DNA of 52,540 nt from a virus (taxonomy: Duplodnaviria; Caudoviricetes): the IMG/VR virus record IMGVR_UViG_3300025703_000007, positions 1-52,540 of that record; one strand, 5' to 3'. Positions 9,820 to 17,690 of this stretch are shown in pieces. Numbering within the stretch: position 1 is the first letter of the stretch; each line of letters starts with the position of its first letter. The notes below the pieces were generated by a model. That model saw nothing but the letters and a program-made list of their open reading frames with translations, was not told the DNA's origin and made no database searches. Made by a program: the position numbers and the translations under genes.

Positions 9820-10014
9820 TTACTTGAAACGTTTCGCAAACTCATCGAGGTAACGCGCTTTACCCTGCTCTCGCAGAAGTTCGTCACCAGAGAGTTTGCG
9901 CAACCGCTCGTTGCACCCTTCGATCTCTGCCTTGATCAGCATCATCAGCTGCTGCCCGTCTGGTGATTTCCCCAATCTACCCAGAAAACCGAGTTGCGTT
10001 GCATCCAAATGCAT
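9820..10014 (-). CDS. Small head-assembly protein
   Basis: 64 aa between portal and scaffold; LREQGKARYL motif. Confidence 0.6.
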   Translation of the reverse strand: MHLDATQLGFLGRLGKSPDGQQLMMLIKAEIEGCNERLRKLSGDELLREQGKARYLDEFAKRFK

Positions 10015-10021
10015 GTGGCGG

Positions 10022-10050
10022 ATTGTCTATAACCCGGTCGGTGCCGTCAA
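10022..10050 (-). promoter_or_regulatory. Sigma70-like promoter, possibly leaderless, for head operon
   Basis: TTGACG-17bp-GACAAT, 7 nt before ATG at 10014. Confidence 0.55.
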
Positions 10051-10092
10051 TAGGCATGCAGATTGCCGAAAAATGGGTTTATGCCGAAATTG

Positions 10093-12342
10093 TCACGGCC
10101 CCGCTGGCGCAGTAGGTGCTGCGGCCGGCAGCGCAGCTTGTGCAGCGCCCGCCGAGGCTTGTGCAGACTGCGCCGCTTGCGTCGCACTGGCCCCTGAAAT
10201 GGGGTGCCCTTTGAGTGCAGCTGTTACCGCAGCATTGATGATGTCACCCGTTGTGCGGGTGTTGATCGCTTGCTGTTCTCGTGCGGCAATCGCTGTCTCT
10301 TTGGTTTGCAAGATCCCCTGCTGAGCTTGCAATTGCATTTGCTGTTGCGCCATTGCGGTTTGTTTTTGAGCCTCGATCTGTTGCTCGACCTCGTCCTCGC
10401 TCGGCACGCAGTCGCCGACCGGCAGTTCCATCGCTGCAGCCACTTCACGCACGATGTTGGCGATGTACTTCGGCCCAAGAATGCCGGTGATGACCGGACT
10501 GCCCACCACCATTTGTAAGAACTGCGTACGACGTTGTTGCGCCGATTCTTTGATCAGGATCGCCGCTGCCCCGCGCGGCACAACCACGCAGTCGCCCTTG
10601 ATCGACTCATCGTTGTTGTAAAGCATCTCATAGGTGAACGTGTCGCTGATCGTTGGAGCGATCACGTTCAAATCGATGTTGCTGATCGCGCGCCGCAGCC
10701 CTTTGGCTGCGTTGTTCATCAGCATGCTCAAACCTGTGGCCGTGTCCGCGCTGCCGCCTGCGTTCTCGTTACCGTAGGTGTAGCGCGGTATACCGGTAGC
10801 GTCATCGGCGCGCACTTCCCATTGCTCGTAAGTCGACATCAAATTAGCTGATCGGTCATCAGTCTGGAAGAACCCGACACCGGGATTCGTTCCCTGCGTT
10901 GGGTCACTCTTAAGCTGCCAAATCTTCCAAGGGAAAATCTCGACCGAGTTTTCGCCGTCGGCGAAACGATCAGCGTGCACCCACACCATCGGGCCGCTTG
11001 CCATGCTGAGATTGTCTGCAAGCGCACACACGATCGCGTTGCACATCTTCTGGCTCGTGGAGCACAAGTCAGGAATCGATCGACCCCAAAACGCACCGGG
11101 GATCTCGTCATAGCAAGCCTTGCGATACGGTCGCTGATGCAAGGGGTGTGGATTAAGCGCAGCGTAGAGAACGTAGCGGCCACACACCACCACATTGCAC
11201 TCATACTCCTGCGTCTCTTCAATCTCGAAACCTTTGCGACTCACGACGCCCCAAGTCAGCAGTTTCCAGCCGGGCACGCTGCCCCAGTAATTCAACGCAT
11301 CGATCACGCCCGGCGGTGAAAGCCACATGTACAGGCTTTCTTGCTCGAGCCGTTGACGCTCCGCCTCGGTCCACAACCACCCCTCAAGATGCCCGTTCGA
11401 GTAGTCACGCAGCGCCGAATCAATTTGGTCGTCTTTGTAATCGGGCAAACCTTTCAAATCGTGGAGCTCTTCCCGACGAAACCGAATACGTTCAATGAAA
11501 TCACCGTCTTGCGGGGTGCGCGCGCTCGGCGCTGGATAGCAGTCAAATGGGCTTGCGCGTTCCCAGCTTTGCGCCGGGTTATTGGAGACCTTCGGTATAA
11601 AGCCCGTGCCCCATTCAAGCTCTTTGTGACGACGGTAGAACGGGCCTTTGAGAATCGCTGCGGGGTAGGTGACGAAGTCCTCTACGAAAGCGTCCATCGC
11701 TGGCTCGTAACCGCCCTTATCGAGTCGCTCAGCGATTTGTTTTTCCATACGCAACGCGCGTTTCTCGGCTTCTTTTGAAACCGCCGCCTCGGCTTGATCG
11801 CGGAGCTGATCACCAACTTGTAAGGCAAGCGCACGGAATTCCTCTTTGCTCATTGCCGCGCCGCCTGCCTGCGCGTTCTGTTGCATGGCCTGCTTTGCGG
11901 AGTTCAAAGCTGCACTGACGATACCGTTCTTAAGTTGATCAGGCAGTTCGGGGATCGGCGTCGGGTCAACACCCCACGGCTGCTCACCCACTGGCAGCAC
12001 GATCTCACGAATCCAAGCCGATGCTGCGCGGCTTTTGGTTTCCGTCAAATCAGCCCACACGATATTCATGCCGCTGTTGGCAGACTGCATTGCTGCAAGC
12101 GCGCTTGCGCTGTAGACACCGCGGCGCGCGCGCAAGCAGTCAAGCAGCTTCAGATCGATTTTTTGTTTGGCGAGTTTGTTGCGGCCCCACGCTGCGCGGC
12201 AATGGCTCGCGAGCGCTGATAACGACCCGATGTCGTCAATCGATTGCGCTTCAGGAGGTTTCTCAGCGTCACGTGTAAGCAACTGCTGAAGGCCAAGGGA
12301 TCGAACGAGCGGGTTAGCTGTCGCCATGCGTAGTGTCACCAA
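10093..12342 (-). CDS. Portal protein
   Basis: 749 aa (start may be 12327); FWGRSIPD, DNLSMASGP, DDATGIPRY, TATGLSMLM; Gln/Ala-rich C-terminus. Confidence 0.85.
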   Translation of the reverse strand: MVTLRMATANPLVRSLGLQQLLTRDAEKPPEAQSIDDIGSLSALASHCRAAWGRNKLAKQKIDLKLLDCLRARRGVYSASALAAMQSANSGMNIVWADLTETKSRAASAWIREIVLPVGEQPWGVDPTPIPELPDQLKNGIVSAALNSAKQAMQQNAQAGGAAMSKEEFRALALQVGDQLRDQAEAAVSKEAEKRALRMEKQIAERLDKGGYEPAMDAFVEDFVTYPAAILKGPFYRRHKELEWGTGFIPKVSNNPAQSWERASPFDCYPAPSARTPQDGDFIERIRFRREELHDLKGLPDYKDDQIDSALRDYSNGHLEGWLWTEAERQRLEQESLYMWLSPPGVIDALNYWGSVPGWKLLTWGVVSRKGFEIEETQEYECNVVVCGRYVLYAALNPHPLHQRPYRKACYDEIPGAFWGRSIPDLCSTSQKMCNAIVCALADNLSMASGPMVWVHADRFADGENSVEIFPWKIWQLKSDPTQGTNPGVGFFQTDDRSANLMSTYEQWEVRADDATGIPRYTYGNENAGGSADTATGLSMLMNNAAKGLRRAISNIDLNVIAPTISDTFTYEMLYNNDESIKGDCVVVPRGAAAILIKESAQQRRTQFLQMVVGSPVITGILGPKYIANIVREVAAAMELPVGDCVPSEDEVEQQIEAQKQTAMAQQQMQLQAQQGILQTKETAIAAREQQAINTRTTGDIINAAVTAALKGHPISGASATQAAQSAQASAGAAQAALPAAAPTAPAGP

Positions 12343-12379
12343 GTGGTGAGCATGGGTAGCCGGTTGCTCGTCAGGGCCG

Positions 12380-12409
12380 ATTATGCCGCGGTAGAGCTAA
12401 AAACGACAA
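12380..12409 (-). promoter_or_regulatory. Putative portal promoter
   Basis: TTGTCG-18bp-CATAAT, next to the CGCCCGC/GCGGGCG hairpin at 12410-12428. Confidence 0.35.
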
Positions 12410-12477
12410 CGCCCGCTAGTGGCGGGCGATTGAAGGTTCGCAGTTTCGAGTTTCTCTAGATAGCAGACCGTGCGATT

Positions 12478-12873
12478 TTACACGCGCTTACGGATTGTGC
12501 CGTCTGCGTTGTGCGTCGCGGATGCCTTAAAAGGAGGGTTGCGCAGCGTGCCGTCAGCATTGTGAACGCCGTCCCCGTATGTACCGTCAGCGTTGAGCAC
12601 CTGGCCATCTGCGTTGAGCGTACGGCCGTCAACCTTATCTCTATACGTACCGTCTGCATTGAGTGCACGACTCTCAGTGGCATTGCCGAACTTAGGATCT
12701 TGATTAAGAAGCGTGGCACCGGTTTTCGGATTCGGTGCAACCGTTTGCAATGGGTCGTTTAGTGAATGTGCAGGCTTAGGCTCGTGCGGCGCATGATAGT
12801 CACGACCAGTAGGGTTAGCGGGGTTTGCTGACTTCGCAGAGTCAGCAAGGTGCATTGAAGCGGACTTATCCAT
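12478..12873 (-). CDS. Hypothetical protein with five NADG(T/Q) repeats
   Basis: 131 aa; LNADGT, LNADGQ, LNADGT, HNADGT, HNADGT. Confidence 0.7.
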   Translation of the reverse strand: MDKSASMHLADSAKSANPANPTGRDYHAPHEPKPAHSLNDPLQTVAPNPKTGATLLNQDPKFGNATESRALNADGTYRDKVDGRTLNADGQVLNADGTYGDGVHNADGTLRNPPFKASATHNADGTIRKRV

Positions 12874-12952
12874 GAGATGCCTTTCAAAGAGGGTAGAACC
12901 CTCAATGTAGGCTTCACCGATCGGACACGATGTAGGACGAACGCGCGAAGCG

Positions 12953-13123
12953 CTACAGGTTCAAGCCGACTCGCTGCGCTACCCAAATCACAATGATCAA
13001 AGCAACGAGACCTTGAATCACCCGACAAATCCAAGGTGGGCCAGGAAACGGGATCACCTCCGCAACCCACCACACGATCCCTACAACGATCAACGCAAGC
13101 AACAAAGTCACAAGAATGTTCAT
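12953..13123 (-). CDS. Two-TM small membrane protein (Thivi_2564-like)
   Basis: Hand-read 56 aa MNILVTLLLALIVVGIVWWVAEVIPFPGPPWICRVIQGLVALIIVIWVAQRVGLNL. Confidence 0.7.
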   Translation of the reverse strand: MNILVTLLLALIVVGIVWWVAEVIPFPGPPWICRVIQGLVALIIVIWVAQRVGLNL

Positions 13124-13125
13124 GG

Positions 13126-13326
13126 TCAAGCCTTCGGAAAGTAAACGATGCGCTCATCAAGCACTGCGGAGAGTTTAACCATCAACACGAGTTGACGTAT
13201 CAACCGCTCACGTTCTTGCACATGCAGAATTTCGAACAGGTTGCCTTTGATGAAGGCATCGAGCTTCGCAATGCGGTCATCGAGCTCTTGCTTCTCGACA
13301 ACAACGCGTTGCTGATAAGGGGCCAT
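13126..13326 (-). CDS. Small helical phage protein (crAss001_48-related-like)
   Basis: YQQRVVVEKQELDDRIAKLDAFI...QLVLM..LSAVLDERI pattern. Confidence 0.65.
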   Translation of the reverse strand: MAPYQQRVVVEKQELDDRIAKLDAFIKGNLFEILHVQERERLIRQLVLMVKLSAVLDERIVYFPKA

Positions 13327-14978
13327 TACTTACTCCACACTACCTGCCGTCGTCTAACGGGCCGGGCGACCGCGTTCACCATCTTGCGGTCAATCAACTC
13401 AGGGATGAAGGATAGAGCAAGTGAGTCAGCGCAGTCAGGAGATTTACCCCCGTTTTTCTTCATGTCTTTTTTACTTTGAAGCTGAATGCGGAACAGCCCG
13501 TCATAGCCGTAATCGAGGCTCGTGAGTTGGTCACCAAGCTCATCATCGTCGGGGATTTCACCCTCCTCAAGAAAGTCGCGCATCTTCCCCCACGCTTCAG
13601 AGCGTTGATTGAAGTACTGCTTGCTGTCTTTCGCAGGCTGACCCCACATCACCGGAACCAGCAACGGCAGGCCATCCATGCGGCGCAGTGCGCTGTCGAG
13701 ATCAGCACCGTTGCCGATTGCGTCATAAACGATGCACGCAGCACCTTGAGCATCGTGGCGCGAAGCTTTGTTCGGTGAATCGAGATCGCCGCGCAGGATC
13801 GCGAAGATGCGGCTTGCTAAATCAGGACCGTCGAAGCCCGATAGCTTGACTTGCCAATGCACCTTGATACCTTGACGCAGTGTGATCACACTGAAGTCAT
13901 CTCCGAATCGTGCTGGGTCAACAGCCAAGACTTTCGGGAAAGCTTGATAGGCAAGCAACGGCACGCGTCGTCGACGTGCTTGCATCACCAATTCAGGGCT
14001 GATGAAGTTGGCAGTGCCGGCGCGCGGAAACATGCCCTTGACACGCACCCGAACGAAGTCGGAATCCTCGCCATAATCCTCGACCCACTCTTGGATCTTG
14101 CCCTTGTTCGTAAACCTCACGTTGCGTGCATCAACGCGGTGATACGCGCTGCGCTTAGGCTGCGTACACATCTTGAAAAACTCACCGCTCGTTCGCGTTG
14201 GATTTCCGTAGCGCAACCAAATAATCTGCGTGCCGGCATCGGTGAGCGCACCGCGTGTCACTTCGTACACGAGATCAGCGATCGTCGATGCCTCATCGAA
14301 CAACACCAAGATGCGCTTGCCTTTGTTGTGCAAGCCAGCGAATGCTTCAGTGTTGTTCTCGCTCCAAGGCACCGCGTCGACCCGCCATGCTTTCTCACGC
14401 ACGGGGTCGTTATTGATGTAAATGCTCGTGGCTGTGAACTTGAAAAAGCTCTTAGCGATGAAGAGTTGAAACCACTTAGCAAGCTCGGCCCACGTCTTGG
14501 TGCGCAACTGCGTGTCGGTGTTGGCTGTGACAACGCCGCGTGTGTCCTCGTGCGTCGAAATCGCGAACAGGATAAGCCAGCTCACTTGCGCTGACTTGCC
14601 GACACCGTGGCCGGAGCTGATGTCCTCTTCAATCACACACCCGAGCTCGCCACCGGCACGCAGCTTCTGCCCGATGCGATCAAGCTGATCGACTTGCCAT
14701 TGCTCAGGCCCGAGTTCGTTCTCAAGCTCGGTGCCAGGCTCACCCCAAGGGAAAGCCCAGCGCACAAAACCAAGCGGGTCTAAGCTGAAGCTTGCAAGCT
14801 GGTCGAGCAACTCATCGATTGGCGAGCCTTGAATTGCCGCGTTCGTGATCTCGACCATGCGAACCGGAACCTTGACGCCCTCCGGCCGAATACCGCTTTG
14901 GGTTTGCAGCTTTGTGCCGGGGCTGCGCGGGAGATTACTTCTCAGTTCGGACCGCCAAGCGCTGGCACCTGTTTCCAC
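13326..14978 (-). CDS. terL: Terminase large subunit
   Basis: Walker A SGHGVGKS, Walker B VLFDEAS, GNP coupling motif, nuclease AVDPARFGDD and SPDCAD; true start may be internal (MVEIT). Confidence 0.92.
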   Translation of the reverse strand: METGASAWRSELRSNLPRSPGTKLQTQSGIRPEGVKVPVRMVEITNAAIQGSPIDELLDQLASFSLDPLGFVRWAFPWGEPGTELENELGPEQWQVDQLDRIGQKLRAGGELGCVIEEDISSGHGVGKSAQVSWLILFAISTHEDTRGVVTANTDTQLRTKTWAELAKWFQLFIAKSFFKFTATSIYINNDPVREKAWRVDAVPWSENNTEAFAGLHNKGKRILVLFDEASTIADLVYEVTRGALTDAGTQIIWLRYGNPTRTSGEFFKMCTQPKRSAYHRVDARNVRFTNKGKIQEWVEDYGEDSDFVRVRVKGMFPRAGTANFISPELVMQARRRRVPLLAYQAFPKVLAVDPARFGDDFSVITLRQGIKVHWQVKLSGFDGPDLASRIFAILRGDLDSPNKASRHDAQGAACIVYDAIGNGADLDSALRRMDGLPLLVPVMWGQPAKDSKQYFNQRSEAWGKMRDFLEEGEIPDDDELGDQLTSLDYGYDGLFRIQLQSKKDMKKNGGKSPDCADSLALSFIPELIDRKMVNAVARPVRRRQVVWSK

Positions 14979-15232
14979 GGCAGGCCGGTGACAGCATCAA
15001 GCATCGTGCCGTCAGGATTCATCAATGGGGTTGGACGCGGGTAACTGCGATCAGCAACCACAAGCTGCGACTTCGGAGCGCAATCAATCACACGCAAACT
15101 GCGCACCGCACCTGTTGCTTCGCTCATGCCGCGGCTTTGACCAATGCCGGTAGCTTGATTGCGGAACTGCTTGGCTTTCACATCACTCACTTGCGCGCCG
15201 CTGAACGTGCTTGTCTTTGAAGGCAACATCAT
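14942..15232 (-). CDS. Hypothetical protein between terminase genes
   Basis: 96 aa from MMLPSKTS with GGAG RBS. Confidence 0.5.
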   Translation of the reverse strand: MMLPSKTSTFSGAQVSDVKAKQFRNQATGIGQSRGMSEATGAVRSLRVIDCAPKSQLVVADRSYPRPTPLMNPDGTMLDAVTGLPWKQVPALGGPN

Positions 15233-15809
15233 CGATCTCCTGGGTTGAATCGGGGAGCGCGACAACACGTTTGCGCGCAAGCTTGAGTCTATCTGACAGT
15301 GCGTTCGCCAAAGCGTTAACTCCATCGCCTTCATCACCCACGATTTTGAAGTGCTTGGCGAGAATGTTCAACGCTGGATTCTTGTCATAGCGCTTGATTT
15401 TGGCCGTCTGCACACTGATGAATTTCGGTCGCATCTCGCCGGTCACGAGATCAAGCTCTTCACCATCACGCTCCATACGCGTTTCGATTTCAATGCTGGC
15501 GAGCGCGCCCGCAACATCATCATCGAGATCTTTGAGCGGCTTCAGGCGACCGCGCTCATCAACAATACCCCGAATATCACTCAAAGCCACGCGCCCAAGC
15601 TCAATCATGATGCGTTTCGCAGTGATGTCACAGGCTTTTAACATGGCGTCGTTGAGCTCACTAATGCGAGTTGCCACGTCGTTTTGCAAAGCGATCTCAC
15701 GCCCCCTTTGAGCCGTAAGACCAACCGCGTAGGCAGCTTCTTGAAAGCTCCACGTTTTAAGGTAATGGCGGCAGAAAGCTTCATGCCGTTCATTGGACAG
15801 GCGTGGCAT
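15183..15809 (-). CDS. terS: Terminase small subunit
   Basis: RHEAFCRHY...AAYAVG HTH, ITAKRIMIELGRVALSD, KIKRYDKNPALNILAKH. Confidence 0.85.
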   Translation of the reverse strand: MPRLSNERHEAFCRHYLKTWSFQEAAYAVGLTAQRGREIALQNDVATRISELNDAMLKACDITAKRIMIELGRVALSDIRGIVDERGRLKPLKDLDDDVAGALASIEIETRMERDGEELDLVTGEMRPKFISVQTAKIKRYDKNPALNILAKHFKIVGDEGDGVNALANALSDRLKLARKRVVALPDSTQEIDDVAFKDKHVQRRASE

Positions 15810-16137
15810 AAAGGCGCGTTCGCAACTTCTCGTTCCACTGCGAAATGATGTGCTGAATTGCTGCTACGGCACTCGTCCAATTCGTGCGGTTGAGATCATC
15901 GCTGAGACCTTCTTTTTGCAGTGCTGTGATGAGGTCTGCTGTGTACTTTTTGGCAGCATCAATCGTCGGCTCAATCGGTGCGCCTGTTCGCCACGCGACC
16001 GATTTCATCGCTCCTGACGGAAATTCAGCGACAAAGCCGCCTACGTTAGGTTCGTAAGTCGTTGATTCTGCAGGCCAAAGTTTCATAAAGGTGAAATGTA
16101 GGTGCTTATCGCAGTGTTTTGCAACATAAGAATTCAC
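15790..16137 (-). CDS. Hypothetical protein
   Basis: ORF overlapping terS start; start uncertain. Confidence 0.45.
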   Translation of the reverse strand: MNSYVAKHCDKHLHFTFMKLWPAESTTYEPNVGGFVAEFPSGAMKSVAWRTGAPIEPTIDAAKKYTADLITALQKEGLSDDLNRTNWTSAVAAIQHIISQWNEKLRTRLYATPVQ

Positions 16138-16195
16138 GTTTCTATAACAGATCTATCGTTGCAAAATTCTGCAAGAGGAGCACTATAGAGGTGTT

Positions 16196-16209
16196 GTATC
16201 AAGTGATAC
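16196..16209. promoter_or_regulatory. Operator site 1, GTATCAAGTGATAC
   Basis: Near-perfect palindrome in divergent intergenic region; four related sites elsewhere. Confidence 0.65.
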
Positions 16210-16233
16210 AGATTCTTCACAGGAGAAAACATC

Positions 16234-16443
16234 ATGACAACCACTGCAAAACTTCTCCCGGCCTCAGGTCCACGTGTTGGGGTTGTATGCGGTCCAGGCA
16301 ATACGCCCAAGGATGATGCAGGCACGGTGTTATGCCAAGCCTCTAACTCATGGGGCTCGTTTGCAGTTGCGCTGATGGACAGCGGCAAGATTGAACACTG
16401 CCGCGGGCTTACAGAAATCGGCATCGGTTGGTATTCGCTCTAA
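16234..16443 (+). CDS. Hypothetical early protein
   Basis: 69 aa, AGGAG RBS. Confidence 0.6.
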   Translation: MTTTAKLLPASGPRVGVVCGPGNTPKDDAGTVLCQASNSWGSFAVALMDSGKIEHCRGLTEIGIGWYSL

Positions 16444-16489
16444 AAACAAAGTCGTTGTGCTGTTATCTGCACTTTCGGAGATTACTAAC

Positions 16490-16807
16490 ATGAAAACCCT
16501 CGAACAACGCGTGAAATTTGATCACCATCTTCCTATCGGTGAGTCTCTCGTTCAATTCACATTAGAAGGCAAAACGCATCTCGCCCTGGTGAACATCGGC
16601 CCACGAGGGAAAGTCATGTGCCTACCGATGCCCAAGCCTGAAGACATGTACACAAGCTGGTGGTCAATCCGAGGTGACATGTCACGCTCCATCGGCAGCA
16701 TCATCGTATGGGCTTCCCAAAACGCTGACCTGATGGCGAAATTCAACGGTGAACCACTCGCTACCGTTGCTTTAGAACGGAAAAGTACAGTATCGGAAAC
16801 GGTATGA
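16490..16807 (+). CDS. Hypothetical early protein
   Basis: 105 aa from MKTLEQ, GGAG RBS. Confidence 0.6.
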   Translation: MKTLEQRVKFDHHLPIGESLVQFTLEGKTHLALVNIGPRGKVMCLPMPKPEDMYTSWWSIRGDMSRSIGSIIVWASQNADLMAKFNGEPLATVALERKSTVSETV

Positions 16808-16998
16808 AAACCAAAAATGTTCGCCGGGTCGTATGGGCAAACGAACACGAAGAAATAGTGCTAGTGCGCACAAATGAGCCTGAAGCTTTTCTTAAAGACG
16901 ACAAACTGCTTCAAATTGCGCATCATGTTTTTAAAAACCTTGATGGCAAAATAGGTAATGGCCAAATTATCATCATCCCGCACGGAGATAAATTATGA
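16804..16998 (+). CDS. Hypothetical early protein
   Basis: 64 aa, ATGA-coupled at both ends, AT-rich. Confidence 0.55.
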   Translation: MKTKNVRRVVWANEHEEIVLVRTNEPEAFLKDDKLLQIAHHVFKNLDGKIGNGQIIIIPHGDKL

Positions 16999-17204
16999 AA
17001 ACCTCAAACCACTTAGTAGGCAAAGTAGTCGAAGTCACAGACCAAAATACTCCTACCTTCGGGTGGGTCGGTAAATGCGTTCGCTTAGTCGACAAACTAG
17101 AACCAAAAGTTTACACAATACGTTTCTGGTCACACGACAATGTATACGGTTCAATACCTTTGAATACTACACAATTCAAATTAAAGGACACCCCATCATG
17201 CTAA
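16995..17204 (+). CDS. Hypothetical early protein (possibly SH3/KOW-like)
   Basis: LVGKVVEV...GWVGKC..YTIRF; GGAG RBS. Confidence 0.55.
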   Translation: MKTSNHLVGKVVEVTDQNTPTFGWVGKCVRLVDKLEPKVYTIRFWSHDNVYGSIPLNTTQFKLKDTPSC

Positions 17205-17305
17205 CTCGAACCCAATTCGAATTTTGGATCTTCATCGGTACTTCTCTGGTCGCCACCGGTGCTTGGTCAGAGGCTCTCAAAACGCTCTTGCAGGCTCTCC
17301 GATGA
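17198..17305 (+). CDS. Small membrane peptide
   Basis: MLTRTQFEFWIFIGTSLVATGAW..., AAGGA RBS. Confidence 0.45.
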   Translation: MLTRTQFEFWIFIGTSLVATGAWSEALKTLLQALR

Positions 17306-17430
17306 GGTCGCAGGACATTGACTACGCCTGCCCGCTCGAACACTGCTGGCGGGCCGCAAATTGGTCCATCGACGATTCGATGCTCGTCTTCTGTGTTGTG
17401 GTCGGCATCGTTGCTTTTTTCTTCATCTGA
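17302..17430 (+). CDS. Small membrane peptide
   Basis: ATGA-coupled; hydrophobic C-terminus LVFCVVVGIVAFFFI. Confidence 0.4.
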   Translation: MRSQDIDYACPLEHCWRAANWSIDDSMLVFCVVVGIVAFFFI

Positions 17431-17480
17431 CCACGCGATGCGGAATTTTGCATGCCGTTTCTTACATCTTGCAGAAAAAA

Positions 17481-17690
17481 GCGTAACACTGTAACGCATG
17501 TAACGCATGTAACACTCGTTTTCTCGGGAACTTTGCTGAGTAAGGTAACCAGATGTAACAGCCCTGTTTTTCTCTTTTTAACCTTAACATAAAGAAAGAT
17601 GTGTTACAGCGTTACAAGCCTCATAAGTTGTTGATTTCATTAAGCGTTTTGTGTAACACATCCTGCGTTACGGATGTGTTACTGCGTTAC
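17481..17690. repeat. Putative replication origin: GTAAC/GTTAC iteron cluster
   Basis: 12 pentamer copies around an AT-rich core directly downstream of the primase-helicase. Confidence 0.65.
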
